Positions 59,655 to 64,000 of a DNA stretch of 64,000 nt are shown here, piece after piece (position 1 is the first letter of the stretch; the number at the start of each line of letters is the position of its first letter). The stretch spans positions 13,640,001-13,704,000 of the forward strand of contig OZ024764.1 in the NCBI GenBank assembly GCA_964016885.1, in the 5' to 3' direction. A program made the position numbers and the translations under genes. The notes under the pieces are model-generated. The model was not told the origin of the DNA. It worked only from the letters and a program-made list of their open reading frames with translations, and searched no databases. This DNA comes from Eledone cirrhosa. Taxonomy: Eukaryota.

Positions 59655-60149
59655 TACTGCTCAAACCTTTTGCTAACAACGAAAGCCTTTGGATGCTGCT
59701 TTCAAGAAAAAAAAAAGGAAGGGCCTACTTTAAAGAATCGTAAGTGACTGGTGCTTCATCGTAGTAATACAAAGGCCATGAACTGCAAAGATTACATCAG
59801 AAAATATCAAAGAACTTACCTGGGAACAAGTCCCTCACCTACTTTATTCCTCGGACCTTGCTTATTCTAATTACAATTTGTTTCAAAGTTTACAGAATCA
59901 TCTGGATGAACTTGAGCTGAAAAGCCCCAGAGAGGTCAAAACTGAACTCTCTTCTTTCTCATAAAAAAACCCAAAAGGGGTTTTTCACCAATGGAATTTT
60001 AAAAAAAAACTGGTCAATAGATGGAAGAAAGTTATCGATCATGATTGGAATTATATAAAGAACTAATTTTTAATAAAATTTTTAATAAAATGTGAAACTT
60101 GATGACTTGTTTTTCTGACTCAAATATCAGAGATTACTTATGGCATAAC

Positions 60150-60154
<5 letters not shown>
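59655..60154 (+). pseudogene. Mariner transposase C-terminal remnant with putative right TIR
   Basis: Reads VLHRSNTRP (cf. HDNARPH), PHLLYSSDLAYSNYNLFQSLQNHLD (cf. YSPDLAPSD) and LVNRWKKVIDH; ends TTATGGCATAACCTGATA. Confidence 0.8.
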
Positions 60155-60187
<33 letters not shown>

Positions 60188-60221
60188 ATTCAACAGCATT
60201 CTAATATTTTTTTGGACACCA

Positions 60222-60255
<34 letters not shown>

Positions 60256-60385
60256 CACAATTCAACAGCATTCTAATATTATTTTGGACACCATGCGTGT
60301 GTGTATATATATATATATATATATAAAGGATGTTTAATATAGAAAGGTGGCTTCTACGAGTCTAGAACTGTTTCATTCGTATGAA

Positions 60386-60420
<35 letters not shown>

Positions 60421-60422
<2 letters not shown>

Positions 60423-60529
60423 TGGCTGCCAACTCGTTTTCGAGTACGACCACTACTTTATATCCAAGTAGGAGAACCCCTATCGATGCACTGAACGAAT
60501 GTGACTTTAGTCCAGTCAGCGACTTGAAA

Positions 60530-60531
<2 letters not shown>
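60421..60531 (-). mobile_element. LINE 3' end, second copy of 174-340
   Basis: GGTGGCTGCCAACTCGTTTTCGAGTACG...GCGACTTGAAA. Confidence 0.7.
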
Positions 60532-60569
<38 letters not shown>

Positions 60570-60587
60570 TATATATATACATACACA

Positions 60588-60663
60588 CAGGCTATCCCCC
60601 ACAAAATGTATACACACTACAACAGCATTCTAATAAATATGTGTATATATTTTTGGGGACAAC

Positions 60664-60666
<3 letters not shown>
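60588..60666. mobile_element. Tc1/mariner-type MITE of about 80 bp
   Basis: Inverted ends CAGGCTATCCCCCACAAAATGTATACAC / GTGTATATATTTTTGGGGACAACCTG|TA. Related fragments lie at about 60183, 60255 and 58688. Confidence 0.55.
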
Positions 60667-60703
<37 letters not shown>

Positions 60704-60871
60704 AAATGAAAATCCGAAGGCAAGGTAAAATTCCAATCATTTAATCACGACACATAAGAGATAGTTCGATTGTGAAGCCATGATCGATTATCACATATGA
60801 GGGAATGAATTCTGTGAGAGAACATCGTTATTTTTTTCTCCCTCTTATCAAGAATTTAAAGGCCATTCATT

Positions 60872-60947
60872 ATCACCTGATGAGATCAGTGATAATCGAT
60901 CATGGCTTCACAATCGATCTATCTCTTATTGAAACATGTGTCGTGAT
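60872..60947 (+). ncRNA. Type I hammerhead within a fold-back element (60701-60990)
   Basis: AUCAC-CUGAUGA-GAU...AUU-GAA-ACAUGUGU-C-GUGAU. Segment 60701-60794 is an inverted copy of 60889-60990. Confidence 0.75.
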
Positions 60948-61135
60948 TAAATGATTGGAATTTTACCATGCCTTCAGATTTTCATTTTGATACTTATACT
61001 CCGTTTTACATCATCTAGCTGTTCCCTTGAATGGAATTGGAGATATACAAAAGCGCGGAGGACTTAATATTGCTAACATAAAGTTATTGGACCTTTTTAC
61101 ACAACCAATAATGCACCTTACTATATATATATATA

Positions 61136-61578
61136 TAATTGTTTCTACTTTAGGCACAAGGCCAGCAATTACCCAGTGCATTACTGGTACTTTATTTTAT
61201 CGACCCCGTAAGGATGAAAGGCAAAGTCAACCTCGGCGGGATTTGAACTCAGATCGTAAAGGGACGTAACTATGCTGGAAAGCATTGTGTCCGACCCTCT
61301 ACTATATATATATATATATAATGAATGTTTAATATAGAAAAAGGCTTCTACAAGTCTAGAACTGTTTCATTCGTATGAATCATCAATCATTCCTATAGCC
61401 TCTGGTTGAGCAATATCTCAGGATTGGAATTTGCTAGATGGATGAAGCGGCTACAAAGACACTTCGAAGTCACTGTTATTTGTATACTTAGAAAATAAAT
61501 GTTTACACTCTATTCACACGTATTGAGTTCTATTATTTCAATGTTTGATTGTTTTAAATGATATATGTATATATATAT

Positions 61579-61609
<31 letters not shown>

Positions 61610-62447
61610 ATTGTTTCTACTTTTGGCACAAGGCCAGCAATTTACCCAGTGCATTACTGGTACTTTATTTTTATCGACCCCGTAAGGATGAAAGGTAAAG
61701 TTAACCTCGGCGGGATTTGCACTCAGAATGGCAAGGGCCGTAACTCTATGCGTCAAAGCATGGCGTCCGACCCTCTACCGATACTGCCAATCCACATATA
61801 TGTGTGTATATATATATATATACTTATATATAATGTATACATATATATATGTGTATATATATATTTATATATAATGTATATATATATATACATATATATG
61901 TGTATATATATACATATATATATGTGTGTATATATATATATATAAATATATATACCTGCATATTAATAATTGTTTCTAGTTTAGGCACAAGGCCAGCAAT
62001 TATCCCAGTGCATTACTGGTACCTGCATATTAATAATGGGCACAGATTAAAGTCAAAGGCCAGCAATTTTGAGGAATAGAAAGTTGATCAACCCGACCCC
62101 CAGTACATTACTGGTACTTTATTTATCGACCGCGGAAGGATGAACGGCAAAGCTAACCCCGGTGGGATTTGAACTCACATAGTTAAAGGGGCATAACTCT
62201 ATGCTGCAAAAGATGGCGTCCGACGCTCTACTGGTTGGGTCAATTCACTGCCCCAAATAATAATAACAATAATAGTAATAATTATGTATTACATTAGGCA
62301 CAAGGCCAGCAGGTTGAAGGTGGTAAGGAAGTCGATTAAATCAACCCCATTGTATTACTGGTACTTTATTTTATTGACCCCGTAAGGATGAAAGGCAAAG
62401 TTAACCAAAGTGGCATTTGAACTCAGATCGTAAAGGGGCATAACTCT
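61136..62447 (-). mobile_element. Cluster of five SINE family 1 copies (about 61136-61302, 61608-61794, 61967-62023, 62038-62250, 62291-62447)
   Basis: Repeated GGCACAAGGCCAGCA...TCGACCCCGTAAGGATGAAAGG...GATTTGAACTCA, all on the same strand. Confidence 0.85.
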
Positions 62448-62636
62448 TTATATACTATATATATAATATATATATATATTATGTATATATTATATATATA
62501 TATTTTATCGATATATATATTATATATATATATTTTATCGATATATATAATATATCGATATATATATTTTATCGATATATATAATATATCGATATATATA
62601 TATATAAGATCAAAAGATGGTTAAAGGAGTTCCATG

Positions 62637-62707
62637 TATTTTATTATGCGCATTTCAAAAACAAATATCATCATGCAATAACATTTGTGTTTTCATCAGA
62701 TAAAATA
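62637..62707 (-). ncRNA. Type I hammerhead ribozyme
   Basis: Minus strand: UAUUUUAU-CUGAUGA-AAACACAAAUGUUAUU(GCAU)GAUGAUAUUUGUUUUU-GAA-AUGCGCAU-A-AUAAAAUA. Confidence 0.85.
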
Positions 62708-62850
62708 GGAGGACATGATATGAAGGTTAAAAACACTTGTGGATAGTGCAGTTTTAAATCAACATATCTCCAGTCCTACAAACTGTAGAGTGCTTCTTAT
62801 CCGATATCTGCATGGCTTTATTGAACTACAATAAAACTCACCTCCTACAT

Positions 62851-62881
<31 letters not shown>

Positions 62882-63075
62882 GTGAGGTTTTTTTACAAAA
62901 TGAAAAAAAAAAAACGGTGTCCTACACAGTGTGAAAGTATTAAGGAAAAAAGATGAAATCGAAAATGCAACTGGAGTTTTTTTTTCTTATATATATACAT
63001 ATATATTATATATAAATCTAATATATTATATATCTATATATATAATATATTATATATATATGTATCTATATATAT

Positions 63076-63294
63076 AACGAAGGAAATGTGGTAAGGAACC
63101 AGGTGGACCATAACGCACCAAAGTACTCAATACTTAGGGTAGTAGAGTGGGTAATAGGAACGAGTAGGACCCCGATGGCTGAGCTCAAGCCGTTTCGACG
63201 GCTAATTCTGGACTAAATGAAATTTTTTATCCAGGATAAAAATTTTCATTTAGTCCAGACCAGAATTAGCCGTCGAGGTCCTACTCGTTCCTAT
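63076..63294 (-). mobile_element. Family D fold-back element
   Basis: Long hairpin 63197-63274 next to the hammerhead-like 3' half, with a short inverted arm to 63294. Confidence 0.7.
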
Positions 63295-63432
63295 ATATAT
63301 ATATATATATAGGCTTAGGGGCTATATGGTTGATTGAATAGAGGCAGTGCTCCAGTATGCCCGCAGTCTAACCAAGAGAAGAACACAGAACTACACAGAA
63401 AAGGTTGAATTCTTTTAATGCAAAATTTTTTT

Positions 63433-63848
63433 TCTGATTTAGGCACAAGGCCAACAATTTAGGGGGAATTCAATTAAATCGACCTCAGCACATTACTGGT
63501 ACTTTATTTTATCAACACCGTAAGGATGAAAATCAAAGTATACCTCGGCGCGGGATTTGTACCGAGGCCGTAAAGGGCCATAACTTTATGCTGCAAAGCA
63601 TGGCGTCAGACGCTCTACCGATTACTACCAAACCGCCACCGTCGTTTTTGATGCAAATAAAGGTTTCTTATAAAGGCACAAGGCCAGCAATTTTGGGGAA
63701 GGGGAATGTCGATTAAGTCGACCCAAGTGTATTACTGGTAAGGATGAAAGTTAACCTCGGCGAAGGATTTGAACTCAGATCATAAAGGGCCATAACTCTA
63801 TGCTGCAAAGCATGGTGTCCGACGCTCTACCGATACTGCCAAACCAGC
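63433..63848 (-). mobile_element. Two head-to-tail SINE family 1 copies
   Basis: About 63433-63640 and 63660-63848, both followed by TTTTTGATGCAAATAA. Confidence 0.85.
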
Positions 63849-64000
63849 GTCCTTTTTGATGCAAATAATGTCAAATAAAAAAGGGTTAAGTCGTATTGTA
63901 TTTCAGGCGAATGATTTGAGGAGAGATGGCTAGATTTGGAGCGCCGAAAACGTAATATCTTGGTTAATATCTATTCTTTATATTTATAATGATCGATTTT

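Overview
This is animal genomic DNA: very AT-rich, dominated by microsatellites, and with SINE families that look octopod (the taxon is my inference). I can support no host protein-coding exon, and the long ORFs in the track are artefacts of tandem repeats. The window holds extensive (TA)n/(TATG)n/(GACA)n and trinucleotide tracts, two tRNA-derived SINE families, RTE-clade LINE fragments, two mariner remnants, a non-autonomous Helitron and several MITE-like elements. Several tandem arrays arose inside transposons, most notably a 9.7-kb array of a 24-bp unit within one mariner element that keeps both TIRs. The most striking signal is about 20 type I hammerhead ribozyme motifs from roughly a dozen apparently unrelated short repeat families, resembling Penelope-like retroelement ends. 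They include natural core variants (U3-A8, U4C), long stem II insertions and fold-back copies that invert at ribozyme stems. A 319-bp head-to-tail tandem carries one hammerhead per unit, the architecture of a non-LTR retrozyme that could release a 319-nt circularisable RNA. All calls were made by eye; no folding or database search was run.
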